Positions 1-9,658 of a stretch of DNA of 64,000 nucleotides are shown here, piece after piece. A program made the position numbers and the translations under genes. Source of the stretch: Chloroflexota bacterium (GTDB taxonomy: Bacteria; Chloroflexota; UBA11872; VXOZ01); the NCBI GenBank assembly GCA_965221905.1, contig OZ244922.1, positions 416,001-480,000 of the forward strand, given 5' to 3'. How positions within the stretch are numbered: the first letter of the stretch is position 1; each line of letters starts with the position of its first letter. The notes under the pieces were generated by a model that was not told where the DNA came from, did not search any database, and worked only from the letters and a program-made list of their open reading frames with translations.

Positions 1-1
1 C

Positions 2-358
2 GAGGCCAGACCGCCGGGGCCGGACCAGCCAAGCACGTCTGACAACGAACTCAAAGCCAGGTTGCAAGACGTAACAGCGCGGCTCGTGCTCTGCGCCCAC
101 ACCCACCGGCGGGTGGAACGCCGCTATAATGGAATATTGGTGGTCAACCCCGGCGCGGTAGGCCATACGTACGAGCGCAAGCACGACCCACACGCCAGTT
201 ACGCCATTCTGACGCACGTGCACGGCGTATGGGATGTGGAGTTTCGCACGGTACCCTACGACGGCGCACGCGCCGTGCGGGAGATGTTGGCTGCTGTGCC
301 GCCGGATGCCGGAAGTGCGCGCCGCTACTTGGAACGTATAGCGGAGTATGTGATCTAG
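2..358 (+). CDS. metallophosphoesterase family protein (5' truncated by window edge)
   Basis: Frame open from base 2; LVLCAHTH...VVNPGAVG matches the calcineurin-like GHTH/NPGS C-terminal motifs. Confidence 0.8.
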   Translation, partial: EARPPGPDQPSTSDNELKARLQDVTARLVLCAHTHRRVERRYNGILVVNPGAVGHTYERKHDPHASYAILTHVHGVWDVEFRTVPYDGARAVREMLAAVPPDAGSARRYLERIAEYVI

Positions 359-393
359 GAGATTGATCCCAGGGATTGTGTTTGTTTGTCGCG

Positions 394-568
394 CCAAGAG
401 GCGGGGGACAAGCCCCCGCGCTACAGCTTGGTAACGATGACCCAAGAGGCAGGGGACAAGCCCCCGCGCTACAGCTTGGTAACGATGACCCAAGAGGCGG
501 GGGACAAGCCCCCGCGCTACAGCTTGGTAACGATGCACCAAGAAGCGGGGGATAAGCCCCCGCGCTAC
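394..568 (-). repeat. tandem array of ~3.6 x 48-bp units, each with a GTAG-type REP palindrome (family A, GTAGCGCGGGGGCTTGTCCCCCGC)
   Basis: Units start at 394, 442, 490, 538; the same palindrome recurs at 7992 and 8221. Confidence 0.9.
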
Positions 569-624
569 GGACCGCTAGCCAGCGGCGATCGAAAAGTGAT
601 TAGAAGAACTCTTTGCGAGTCAGC

Positions 625-1956
625 ATGCCGATAACGCGCATCATTACCGACCTTGCAGAAGCACGCAGGACCGTGCTCAAACGCAGGCCGTTGGGCAGCG
701 AAGAGGTGCCTGCGTCCGTAGCGGCGCGCATTCGCGAGGTCTTTGGGGCCGATCTTACACCCGGCGAGGTAGTGGACCGCATTCTGTTGGACGTGCAGGC
801 CGAGGGCGACACCGCCCTGGGGCGCTACTTGCAGCATTTTGATGGTGTTGTACCGGAGCCCTTGGAGGTGCCGCCGGAGGAAATAGCCGTGGCACAGCAC
901 CAAGTCGACGAGTCGCTTTGGGAAGTGCTGCAGCAAGCGGAGGCGCGAATCGCCGCCTACCATGCGCGTCAGCGCCGCAACTCGTGGCTGGACTTTGATA
1001 CGGGCCTTGGCGAGATGGTGCGGCCGCTCCAACGCGTCGGCATCTATTCGCCGGGCACAGAGCGGGTGTATCCGTCGTCGGTGCTGATGTCGGCGGTACC
1101 GGCGCGCGTGGCGGGCGTGGAAGAGATCATACTTGCAACGCCGTGCCGTCCTGATGGCAGCGTGCACCCGCTCAAGCTGGCGGCTGCCGCAATCGCGGGC
1201 GTGCACCGGGTCTTCAAGATCAGCGGCGCGCAAGCCATCGCGGCGCTGGCATACGGTACCGCTCAGGTGCCCAAAGTGGACAAGATTCTCGGCCCGGGCA
1301 ATATCTTTGTGATTCTGGCGAAACAGAAGGTGTACGGCCAAGTTGGTATCGATCAGTTGCCGGGGCCTACCGAGACGCTCATCGTTGCCGATGCCAAAGC
1401 CGATCCGGCAGAAGTAGCGGCTGATCTGCTCGCTCAGGCCGAGCACGACCTGCTGGCAACTCCGCTCCTCATCACGGATTGCGCCGAACTTGCCGCCCGC
1501 GTTGAGAGAGAACTAGCTGTACAGCTCGCCACGCTGCCGCGCCAGGAAGAAGCCGCCTATTCGCTAAAGCACAACGGCGGCATCGTGGTGGTGGACGACC
1601 TGGAAACGGCCATAGACGCAGCCAGCGACTACGCCCCGGAGCACCTCTGTCTGCTGACCCAGGAACCGTGGCAATGGGTGGGTAAGGTCCGCAACGCCGG
1701 CGGCATCTTTGTGGGCAGCGCCTCACCGGAAGTGTTGGGCGACTACATTGCTGGACCCAGCCACGTGATGCCGGTGGGCGGCACGGCGCGCTTTGCTTCG
1801 CCGCTTACCGTGCAAGAGTTCTATAAGAGTACTAGCATCGTCGCGCTCGACCCGAAGGCTGCCGCCGCATTAGCGGAACCCGCCGCCGCGTTGGCCGAGG
1901 CGGAGGGCTTTTTCGCCCATGCTCAGGCCGCGCGCAGGCGCGCGCAACAGCAATAG
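625..1956 (+). CDS. hisD: histidinol dehydrogenase
   Basis: GPGNIFV, GPTE, AQAEHD, APEHL and GDYIAGPSHVMP motifs; ATG at 625 chosen. Confidence 0.95.
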   Translation: MPITRIITDLAEARRTVLKRRPLGSEEVPASVAARIREVFGADLTPGEVVDRILLDVQAEGDTALGRYLQHFDGVVPEPLEVPPEEIAVAQHQVDESLWEVLQQAEARIAAYHARQRRNSWLDFDTGLGEMVRPLQRVGIYSPGTERVYPSSVLMSAVPARVAGVEEIILATPCRPDGSVHPLKLAAAAIAGVHRVFKISGAQAIAALAYGTAQVPKVDKILGPGNIFVILAKQKVYGQVGIDQLPGPTETLIVADAKADPAEVAADLLAQAEHDLLATPLLITDCAELAARVERELAVQLATLPRQEEAAYSLKHNGGIVVVDDLETAIDAASDYAPEHLCLLTQEPWQWVGKVRNAGGIFVGSASPEVLGDYIAGPSHVMPVGGTARFASPLTVQEFYKSTSIVALDPKAAAALAEPAAALAEAEGFFAHAQAARRRAQQQ

Positions 1957-2165
1957 CCTAAACCGTCGATTGTTCCCACCGTTCTTGCAACTGAGAATGC
2001 CCCCGTTAGCACGGGCGCAGAGCGAATTCACTATTCTTCAATCCCTTGAACGCATTTTGGCAATAACCAAGGCGAGCGTCACTCGCATACTTGTGGCGGC
2101 GCCTACAGAGTACGTATCATAGGAACAAGCAGAAAATACCAACAGCCAATAGAAAGAGGCACCCC

Positions 2166-2633
2166 ATGCGAGTGATAACTCTGAAGCCGCAACCACTTAC
2201 GCCGGAGAGTTTTGCGCCGTTCGGCAATATTCTGAATCTGGACCGCTCCGAAATCGTCTGCACGGAGGGCGTGCTTACGGCCCGCATTACGCACGCGCCG
2301 CTGCGCGATCTCAGTGAGGAGCGGCCGCACTTTCTTAACCGCCATATGGAGGAGACACAAATCTTCGTGCCGCTGGGCGGCAAGGACGGCCTTTTCTTCG
2401 TTGGGCCGCCGAGCGAGACACCGGATTCCTTCGATCCGGCCAATGTGGCGCTCTTCCACTTTCCGGGCGATCACGCAATCAGGATGCACGTGGGCACCTG
2501 GCACGTTGCTCCCTTTGCCGTGACCGAACCGACAGACTACATCAATATCCAGGGCGACCAGGTACGCCACTACACCGACGGCTACGACTTCAAGGAGCGC
2601 GATGGCCTGGTATTTCAGTTCGACTTGAGCTAG
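2166..2633 (+). CDS. ureidoglycolate lyase (AllA)-like cupin protein
   Basis: PLTPESFAPFG, RH..ETQIFVP and GTWH motifs; AGAGG upstream of ATG 2166. Confidence 0.75.
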   Translation: MRVITLKPQPLTPESFAPFGNILNLDRSEIVCTEGVLTARITHAPLRDLSEERPHFLNRHMEETQIFVPLGGKDGLFFVGPPSETPDSFDPANVALFHFPGDHAIRMHVGTWHVAPFAVTEPTDYINIQGDQVRHYTDGYDFKERDGLVFQFDLS

Positions 2634-2669
2634 GGGGGCATGACAATAGCGCGATCGCCGGCATTGGGC

Positions 2670-2696
2670 CGTCATTCCCTCTTGCGCGGGAATCCA
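2670..2696 (+). repeat. REP-like palindrome, family C (CGTCATTCCC-N8-GGGAATCCA, dRS3/RPE-like)
   Basis: Related copies at 9612-9640, 58050 and 58141. Confidence 0.7.
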
Positions 2697-2830
2697 TCCT
2701 CACAAAGTGCTAGGCCGGAGCGGCACTATAAAGCGAGCCCAGGTTGAATGAATTGAGATGCCGATTTCGGGAACCCTTGTACCATCGCAAGGACACTGTC
2801 GGCAGGTTAAATGGTACAGAGCCATTCGAA

Positions 2831-2928
2831 TGTCACCCCGATCGGAGTGAGGGGTCTAAAACGCCACCAGTTGGGCAATGGTCGCAGTGGGCGGGAACTC
2901 TAGATTCCTCGCTCCGTTCGGAGTGACA
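2831..2928. repeat. inverted pair of family D REP-like palindromes (TGTCA..CCGA.CG.AG.GAGG..TCT)
   Basis: 2831-2857 and 2902-2928 are imperfect reverse complements; related copy at 9455-9482. Confidence 0.7.
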
Positions 2929-3031
2929 TTTGAAAAGTGTCTACGGGCAAGACATGCTGCCTCAGCGCACCCAATCCTAGCTAACTGCTGGGTACTCATA
3001 CAGAGAATCCACCGCCGTAGAAAGTACCCCA

Positions 3032-3625
3032 ATGACACGCACGGGACAACACGCACGCCAAACCCAAGAGACCAACGTGGCCGTAACGATTTCGCTTGAC
3101 GGCACCGGCGCGGCGGCAATCGCTACCGGCATCGGCATGCTCGACCACATGCTTACCCAGCTTAGTACCCACGGACTCTTCGATCTGGACGTGCGCGCCA
3201 GCGGCGACTTGGAGGTAGATTCGCATCACACCGTCGAGGACGTGGCGATCTGCTTGGGACGTGCGCTCGACGCGGCCTTGGGCGACAAGGCCGGCATCAC
3301 CCGCATGGGCTGGGCCTGCGTGCCCATGGATGAAGCCCTGGCGCTGGTCTCCGTGGACCTGAGCGGACGCGGGGCGGCTACGGTGGATGTGCCGCTCACC
3401 GGCTATAAACTCGGCACACTGCAAAGCGAGATGATAAGCCACTTCCTGGATACGTTCGCCGTCCAAGGGGGGCTGACGCTCCACGCGCGTCTACTGTCAG
3501 GCGAGAACGACCACCACAAAGCCGAGGCGGTCTTCAAAGCCCTCGCTCGCGCGCTTTCACAGGCTGTCCAACCCGATCCCCGCCGCCAACACTCCGTACC
3601 CAGCAGCAAGGGATCATTGGAATAG
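3032..3625 (+). CDS. hisB: imidazoleglycerol-phosphate dehydratase
   Basis: TGIGMLDHML, GDLEVDSHHTVED, PMDEAL, NDHHKAEAVFKA and PSSKGSL motifs. Confidence 0.97.
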   Translation: MTRTGQHARQTQETNVAVTISLDGTGAAAIATGIGMLDHMLTQLSTHGLFDLDVRASGDLEVDSHHTVEDVAICLGRALDAALGDKAGITRMGWACVPMDEALALVSVDLSGRGAATVDVPLTGYKLGTLQSEMISHFLDTFAVQGGLTLHARLLSGENDHHKAEAVFKALARALSQAVQPDPRRQHSVPSSKGSLE

Positions 3626-3659
3626 AAGTATTGCCCGTGTCCTCACTGGAGAAATACTG

Positions 3660-4727
3660 ATGCTACGCAAGTTTTCGGTGCGGAACTTCCGCTGCTTGCG
3701 AGAACTCGATATTGAGCCGCTTGCGCGAGTCAATCTCATCGTGGGCGAGAACAATGTCGGCAAGACTGCCTTGCTCGAGGCACTCTATCTAAGTCTCAAT
3801 CCGGGCAACCCGGATGCCACATTGCGAGTTAACCACTCCCGGGGCGTACGGGGGAATCAAGCAGACATTTGGGACGAGCTAGGGTGGCTGTTCTATAGGA
3901 AGCAGACCCTTGCCGGCATTGAACTGCTTTGCAAAGACGAAGGTAGCAGGATGAGTGCCCTGCGAATTCGCCTCGCCGAGCCCAAAGAGCGACTGCTAGT
4001 AGCACCCGATGCAGATGATGCCGGGCAGATCGATGTGGACATGCTTACGGCCCTGGCACAGTCGAGTCTCCTAAAGCTTGAATATACCGACTATACGGGG
4101 CAGGAACATGCCGCGCATGCCCAATTGCTGCTGGGAGGGATAAGTTCTTCTTCGGTAATTGGCCCACCTTCCGGCAGGGCTGTGCTTGTGCTCAAAAACC
4201 CCCGTTTCTCAGAAGAACATGCAAGACGCTATAGCTCCTTGGTAGAGGCAGGACGGGAAGAGGAGCTTCTCCCGTCGCTGCAGGCACTAGACCCGCGCAT
4301 CCGGCGTCTTGAGTTGCTCTATCGCGCGAATAAGCCGATGCTCTATGCCGACATCGGAAACGGCCAACTCGTACCGTTGCTCTACATGGGAGAAGGTCTA
4401 GGCTACGTCCTTTCTTGGCAATTGGCAGTGATGACCGCTAAAGACGGCACGGTGCTCATTGATGAATTTGAAAACGGGCTCCACTATCGGGCGCTTTTGA
4501 ATGCTTGGAAGGCGGTCGGCGCGGCTGCGCGGCAGTCGAACGTACAGGTCTTCGCGACGACCCATAGCTGGGAGTGTGTCACAGCGGCTCAGAACGCATT
4601 TGCAGAGAGCGGCGACGATGAATTTCGCTTGCACCGCCTGGAGCGTAGAGATGGCGACATTGTCGCGATAACGTACGACCAGGAGCAACTGGCGACCTCA
4701 ATTGAATTGAACTTTGAGGTGCGCTAA
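3660..4727 (+). CDS. ABC-type AAA_15/AAA_21-like ATPase
   Basis: N-terminal NFRCL, Walker A GENNVGKT, signature-like MGEG, Walker B LIDEFENGLH, H-loop TTHS. Confidence 0.85.
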   Translation: MLRKFSVRNFRCLRELDIEPLARVNLIVGENNVGKTALLEALYLSLNPGNPDATLRVNHSRGVRGNQADIWDELGWLFYRKQTLAGIELLCKDEGSRMSALRIRLAEPKERLLVAPDADDAGQIDVDMLTALAQSSLLKLEYTDYTGQEHAAHAQLLLGGISSSSVIGPPSGRAVLVLKNPRFSEEHARRYSSLVEAGREEELLPSLQALDPRIRRLELLYRANKPMLYADIGNGQLVPLLYMGEGLGYVLSWQLAVMTAKDGTVLIDEFENGLHYRALLNAWKAVGAAARQSNVQVFATTHSWECVTAAQNAFAESGDDEFRLHRLERRDGDIVAITYDQEQLATSIELNFEVR

Positions 4728-5359
4728 TGGTCAATTTGCCAGACGATGAATCTCAACAGTTAAGAATCAAGTCGGACAAGGTGCTCTTGGTTGAAGGCAA
4801 AGATGAGAAGAGGTTCTTTGAGGTCCTTTTGAAATCATTGGGTGCCGTAGAGAGCATTCAGACTATTCCCTATGGCGGGAAAGGCAACCTCAAGAGTTTC
4901 TTCCACAATTTGCGCGTGGTTCCCGGATTTACAGGACTAAAGTCGCTGGGCGTCACACGAGATGCTGATTGTTCCTCTGCTTCTGCATTTCAGTCGGTCT
5001 GCCGTCTGCTTAGGAACGCCGGGTTCGACGCGCCGGATCAAGTTAGTGATCAAACGCTAGGCAATCCCCAGGTTTCGGTATTCATCTTTCCCGATTATGA
5101 GAATGCGGGGATGCTTGAGACTCTGTGTCTGTCTGCTGTGAAAGATGACCCCGCGATTCCATGCGTGGAGCAATACTTTCAATGTCTCGCAGAATCTGCA
5201 AGTCTGCCCACAAAGAATCCCGACAAAGCTCGCGCGCATGTATTCTTGGCTTCACGCGCCCGGCCTGAGCTACGCGTCGGTGAAGCGGCAGAAGCCGGGC
5301 ACTGGAACTTGGATTCGCCGGTATTCGACCCACTAAAAAGCTTTCTGCTAGCGCTGTGA
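4727..5359 (+). CDS. TOPRIM-like DUF3226-type protein
   Basis: LLVEGKDE...RDAD (TOPRIM E and DxD), GMLETLCL; TAATG overlap with the ATPase. Confidence 0.7.
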   Translation: MVNLPDDESQQLRIKSDKVLLVEGKDEKRFFEVLLKSLGAVESIQTIPYGGKGNLKSFFHNLRVVPGFTGLKSLGVTRDADCSSASAFQSVCRLLRNAGFDAPDQVSDQTLGNPQVSVFIFPDYENAGMLETLCLSAVKDDPAIPCVEQYFQCLAESASLPTKNPDKARAHVFLASRARPELRVGEAAEAGHWNLDSPVFDPLKSFLLAL

Positions 5360-5372
5360 CTGAGGGGTGGTT

Positions 5373-6617
5373 ATGGGCAAGGAGGAACCCTCGGACAAGC
5401 TACCCGCAGTCCCTAGCCCCTTGCCCAGCACGCTCTTGCCGCGAGAGTCGTTTGCAAAGCGTTGGGTACGTCGCGGGCTTTTGCGGACGCTGGGATTCTT
5501 TCGCCCTTATCGGTTTCCTGCTCCCCACATAGCGCGTATCTTAGTTATCCGCCCCGACCATATTGGCGACGTGCTGCTCATTACGCCTGTGCTGCGCCTG
5601 CTGCGTCAGACGTTTCCTGAGGCTGAGATTACGGCGCTGGTGGGTCCCTGGTCGAAGGCAGTGCTCGCGGAGAATCCGCACATCGACCAGATTGAAGTCT
5701 GCCGTTTTCCAGGCTTCGACCGCAGCCAACCGCGGCAGGGCCTGCAGGCGTATGTGCTGCTAATGGAAGAAGCCGCACGATTGCGTGAGGAAGAATACCA
5801 GCTTGCCCTCAACCTGCGTGCGGACTTCTGGTGGGGCGCGGCGTTGGCCGCGTTTGCCGGCATTCCCCACGTGTGGGGCTTCGACGTGCCGGAGTGCGCG
5901 CCGTTTCTGACCCACGCGCTACCAGTTCAGCACGATGAACACCAAGCGGCCGCCAACCTCCGCTTGGCGCACCATGCTGCAGCCCTTGGCAGCCCCGCTG
6001 AGGATGTGGGCACCCACTTGCAGTTCGACTACACGCGCAAAGACGAGCAGAAAGCCGAATCCATCTTGCGCAACGCCGACATATCCAATTCTGCCACACT
6101 CGTCGCCATTCACCCCGGTTCAGGCGCGGCAATCAAGAACTGGTCGGCCTCCGGCTGGCACACCGTAGGCAACGCCTTGGCGCAAGACGACCGTATACAC
6201 TCTCTCGTCACTGCCGGCCCCGCTGAACGGGAACTCGCGGAGGAAGTCGCCACTGGTTTGCCGCAAGGTCGCACCGTGTTGGTCGGGGAGACCTCACTGG
6301 GAGTACTGGCCGCGCTCTTTGCCCGTTGCGCCTTGGTAATCGGACCGGACTCCGGCCCGCTGCACCTGGCGGTAGCCGTGGGCACACCAAGCGTGACCCT
6401 TTACGGAGCGAGCGACCCCGTGCGGTTCGGGCCCTGGGGGTCCGCCGCCCGACACCGCACAGTCACCACTTCCATTCCCTGTCGTCACTGCGGATACCTT
6501 GCCTTGCCTGCATCAGACCTGCCACGACACCCGTGCATGCAGTTCATAGAGCCTGATGCGGTAACGGCTGTGGCGCGAGAGTTGCTGGCGAAAACCGTAG
6601 CGAGCGCCGGCGCATGA
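5373..6617 (+). CDS. glycosyltransferase family 9 (heptosyltransferase-like)
   Basis: IRPDHIGDVLL, HPGSG..IKNW, DSGPLHLAVAVG. Confidence 0.9.
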   Translation: MGKEEPSDKLPAVPSPLPSTLLPRESFAKRWVRRGLLRTLGFFRPYRFPAPHIARILVIRPDHIGDVLLITPVLRLLRQTFPEAEITALVGPWSKAVLAENPHIDQIEVCRFPGFDRSQPRQGLQAYVLLMEEAARLREEEYQLALNLRADFWWGAALAAFAGIPHVWGFDVPECAPFLTHALPVQHDEHQAAANLRLAHHAAALGSPAEDVGTHLQFDYTRKDEQKAESILRNADISNSATLVAIHPGSGAAIKNWSASGWHTVGNALAQDDRIHSLVTAGPAERELAEEVATGLPQGRTVLVGETSLGVLAALFARCALVIGPDSGPLHLAVAVGTPSVTLYGASDPVRFGPWGSAARHRTVTTSIPCRHCGYLALPASDLPRHPCMQFIEPDAVTAVARELLAKTVASAGA

Positions 6618-7795
6618 GCACTTCACTCAAACACCTTGCACGCCGCGCTGCCGGGGTGGCGTTGTGGTTGATCTGCGCGGCTCTGGCGCTGATCGCCCGG
6701 ATCCGACAAAGGCATCAGCCCTTGCGGCCGGAGAGCGTGGAGCGCATTCTCATCATCCGCCTCGATCTCATCGGCGACCTGCTCTTTTCGGTCCCGGCCA
6801 TCCGCAATACGCGGCAGCAGTTCCCGCACGCGCGCCTTGACGTGCTCGTGGCGTCAGGCACGGCCCCGCTGCTTGCCGAATGCCCGTATGTTGACCGTGT
6901 ATATACCCTCGACGCGCATACGCTCGCCCACATTCCCGGTATCTTCTCAATTCCTCAGTGGCGGCAGGCCTGGCAGCTCGTCCAAGACTTGCGCTCGCAG
7001 CGCTATCAGCTCTGCCTGAGCCTCTATGGTGTGCCCGCGGCTACCGTCAGCCTGCTGACCGGTGCGCCCCACCGGGCGGGTTTTGCTGACGAAGCGCCAC
7101 CGGGTGCTTTTTCTCTGCCGGCAGCGGGCAGCCGCCTGCCGCAGGACCGCCACGAGGTGCATTGCGCCCTCGCCGTGGCGCAAGCCGCAGGTGTTTCGGG
7201 CACGCTCGATCGCATGGAAGCGTGGGTAAGCGCGACTGATCGGGCCTGGGCTCAAGAGACATTAGCTGCGGAAGGGGATGCGCTGTGGGTGGCCTGCGGG
7301 CACGGCTCCCGCAACGGCTACGCCAAGCGTTGGCCGCAGCGCCACTGGGTTTCGCTGATAAACCAACTGCAGCAGGCAGGCTATCGCGCCGTCTTGGTAG
7401 GCGGCCCCCACGAGCTTGATGCGGCGGCGTCAATTGCGCAGGCCTGCGAAAAAGCGCCATTGGTGCTCACCGGCAAGACGACCCTCGGTCAACTCGCCGC
7501 AGTGCTCGCGCAGGTCAACCTTATGGTCGGGAGCGACAGCGGCCCTCTGCACCTGGCCGCGGCGTTGGGCACGCGCGTCGTCGGTCTGTACGGCCCCACG
7601 AGTACGGTGCGCTACGGACCGTTCGGACAGCCTAACGCCGTGAAGCGCCATGAAATCTTCTGCAGTCCTTGCTACCGCCCGGAAACCGGCAAAGCAGCAA
7701 CCTGTCGCTACGGCACGGTGGAGTGCATGGAAAAGCTGGAGCCGGATCAGGTGCTCGCGGGCGTACCTGCTGCAAAGTGCGATGCAGGAAAGTAG
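6614..7795 (+). CDS. glycosyltransferase family 9 (heptosyltransferase-like)
   Basis: IRLDLIGDLL, AKRWP, DSGPLHLAAALG, CSPC; ATGA overlap with upstream paralog. Confidence 0.9.
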   Translation: MSTSLKHLARRAAGVALWLICAALALIARIRQRHQPLRPESVERILIIRLDLIGDLLFSVPAIRNTRQQFPHARLDVLVASGTAPLLAECPYVDRVYTLDAHTLAHIPGIFSIPQWRQAWQLVQDLRSQRYQLCLSLYGVPAATVSLLTGAPHRAGFADEAPPGAFSLPAAGSRLPQDRHEVHCALAVAQAAGVSGTLDRMEAWVSATDRAWAQETLAAEGDALWVACGHGSRNGYAKRWPQRHWVSLINQLQQAGYRAVLVGGPHELDAAASIAQACEKAPLVLTGKTTLGQLAAVLAQVNLMVGSDSGPLHLAAALGTRVVGLYGPTSTVRYGPFGQPNAVKRHEIFCSPCYRPETGKAATCRYGTVECMEKLEPDQVLAGVPAAKCDAGK

Positions 7796-7912
7796 AATAG
7801 GTTCAGGGTTGGTCGGTGAGGTGCTGGTGCCTGATTGCAATCCGCTGGGCATGCCATCACGGACACAGCAACCGATCCGATGGGGTGCAAAGCGTTGTCT
7901 GGGCAATACAGA

Positions 7913-8270
7913 GCACAGTTTTGAAACCTGTGCTACCGGAGAAGACTGGGTTTTACCTCGATTCTAGTGAATTGCGGATAGGCGCATCCGTGTAGCCCGG
8001 GGGCTAGTCCCCCGCCTCTTCACTAGATAGGCGGGCAGATTTCCGCCCACTCTACAAGCAGGATTGTGCAACGCAAAGACACATAACCAAGAGTAGGAAG
8101 GAAACAACGGCTGCACACGTAGCCACACCCGGCTATGCGGTGCACAGGTTGCAAACCTGTGCTACTGGAGCTAATTGCGCCTTGTCTCGTGTCGTGGCAA
8201 TTGCATGCGGAAAGGGTTTTGTAGCGCGGGGGCTTGTCCCCCGCCTCTTGGGTAGGAGGCAGGCGGATTA
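7913..8270. repeat. duplicated composite element: family B REP (-), 55-bp spacer, family A REP (+)
   Basis: B at 7913-7936 and 8142-8165; A at 7992 and 8221; 229-bp period. Confidence 0.8.
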
Positions 8271-8333
8271 TAGCTCGCTGCAGATATTCAATTGGGCAAT
8301 GAGAAGAATTGATTCAAAGGAGAGATCAGAACA

Positions 8334-9359
8334 ATGCGCGCAGCAGTAATGGGCATGCGACACGGTCACATCAGCGAGTTTGTGCGGGCCGCGGAAGAAA
8401 ACCCGGCAGTAATGCTCGTGGGCATAGCGGAAGACGAACCAGCGGTCCGCGCTAAAGTGGAAGCCGAGCACAGCGTGCCCGTGTATGCGGATTTCATTGA
8501 GATGCTTGAGAAAGAGCGGCCGCAGGTCGTCGGCGTGGCGAGAACGAATGCCACGAAATATCAGGCGCTCACCGCCTGCCTGGAACGCGGCATTCACGCC
8601 ATCGCCGATAAGCCGCTGCTCACGGAGATGGAGCAGCTTGAGCAGGTGCAGGCGGCCTACGCCTTGGGCAAGGCGCGGCTTGGGATGATGCTCAGCCAAC
8701 GCTTCTCCGCCACCCATCGTGCCTTGAAGGCGCAGGTGGATGCGGGAACTTTGGGCGAAATCGTGCACATGTACGGCTTCGGTCCCCACAAGCTGCATCC
8801 GGAGACGCGCAATCCCTGGGAACTCGACGCGGCGCAGAACGGCGGCGTGCTGGTTGACCTCGGTGTCCACTACTTCGATTCGCTGCGCTGGTTCTCCGAA
8901 CAAGAGCCGGTACGTGTGGCTGCGGCGCAGGGGAACACCCGCTTTCCCGAGCTGCCGCAACTCTACGATCACGCCCACGCGCTCATGGAATTTGATGGCG
9001 GCATGAAGGGCATTGTGGTCGCCGACTGGCTCACGCCCGACGCTGCACCCTACCACGGCGACTATCGGCTCTACGTCACCGGTACACGCGGCACGGCGGA
9101 GATCGCGACGGCCGGCACACTGGAGCCCTCCGGCCCCAACAAGAGCGGCGGCGTGCGCGTGGTGCTAAACGACAAGGAACCCTTCGACCTTGAAATACCC
9201 CCGTTGACCCATACGCCTACCAGCGACTTCCTCGATGCGCTTGTCAACGAGCGCGAACCCTACGCCAGCGCGGAAGAGGTGCTCCGCACGATGGCGGTGA
9301 CGCTGCACGCCAAAGCCGCGGCAGAAACGGGAGAATGGATGAGCATACCAGCCAAGTGA
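8334..9359 (+). CDS. Gfo/Idh/MocA family oxidoreductase
   Basis: N-terminal Rossmann-like region, ADKP, GGVLVDLGVHYFD; AAGGAG RBS. Confidence 0.88.
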   Translation: MRAAVMGMRHGHISEFVRAAEENPAVMLVGIAEDEPAVRAKVEAEHSVPVYADFIEMLEKERPQVVGVARTNATKYQALTACLERGIHAIADKPLLTEMEQLEQVQAAYALGKARLGMMLSQRFSATHRALKAQVDAGTLGEIVHMYGFGPHKLHPETRNPWELDAAQNGGVLVDLGVHYFDSLRWFSEQEPVRVAAAQGNTRFPELPQLYDHAHALMEFDGGMKGIVVADWLTPDAAPYHGDYRLYVTGTRGTAEIATAGTLEPSGPNKSGGVRVVLNDKEPFDLEIPPLTHTPTSDFLDALVNEREPYASAEEVLRTMAVTLHAKAAAETGEWMSIPAK

Positions 9360-9454
9360 GTATTGGGTTACAGATGACTGGGCATTTCCTACTTAGTCAT
9401 GTAACGGCGCGAGGATAAGCTGATACCGGATCAGGTCAAGTAAAGGCAACCCCA

Positions 9455-9640
9455 TGTCATTCCGAGCGAGAGCGAGGAATCTCAAATGTTTGAAAGGAAT
9501 TCACCGTTGCATTGCTCCGCAGCATGACTAGTAAAGCGGCAAGAAAACAGAGATACTGCGGCCGTAACCGCGCGCTACCCCGTGTCGCAATCCACACTCA
9601 CACTGCCTAAAGATGGATTCCCGTTTTCACGGGAATGACG
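9455..9640. repeat. REP-like palindromes: family D (9455-9482, +) and family C (9612-9640, -)
   Basis: TGTCATTCCGAGCGAGAGCGAGGAATCT and ATGGATTCCCGTTTTCACGGGAATGACG. Confidence 0.75.
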
Positions 9641-9658
9641 GAATGTACACCTAATGCT

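Noticed and set aside
386-634. CRISPR array or repetitive peptide ORF (QEAGDKPPRYSLVTMT)n
   Set aside because: The spacers are near-identical and no cas genes are present; the ORF is a by-product of a 48-bp REP tandem.
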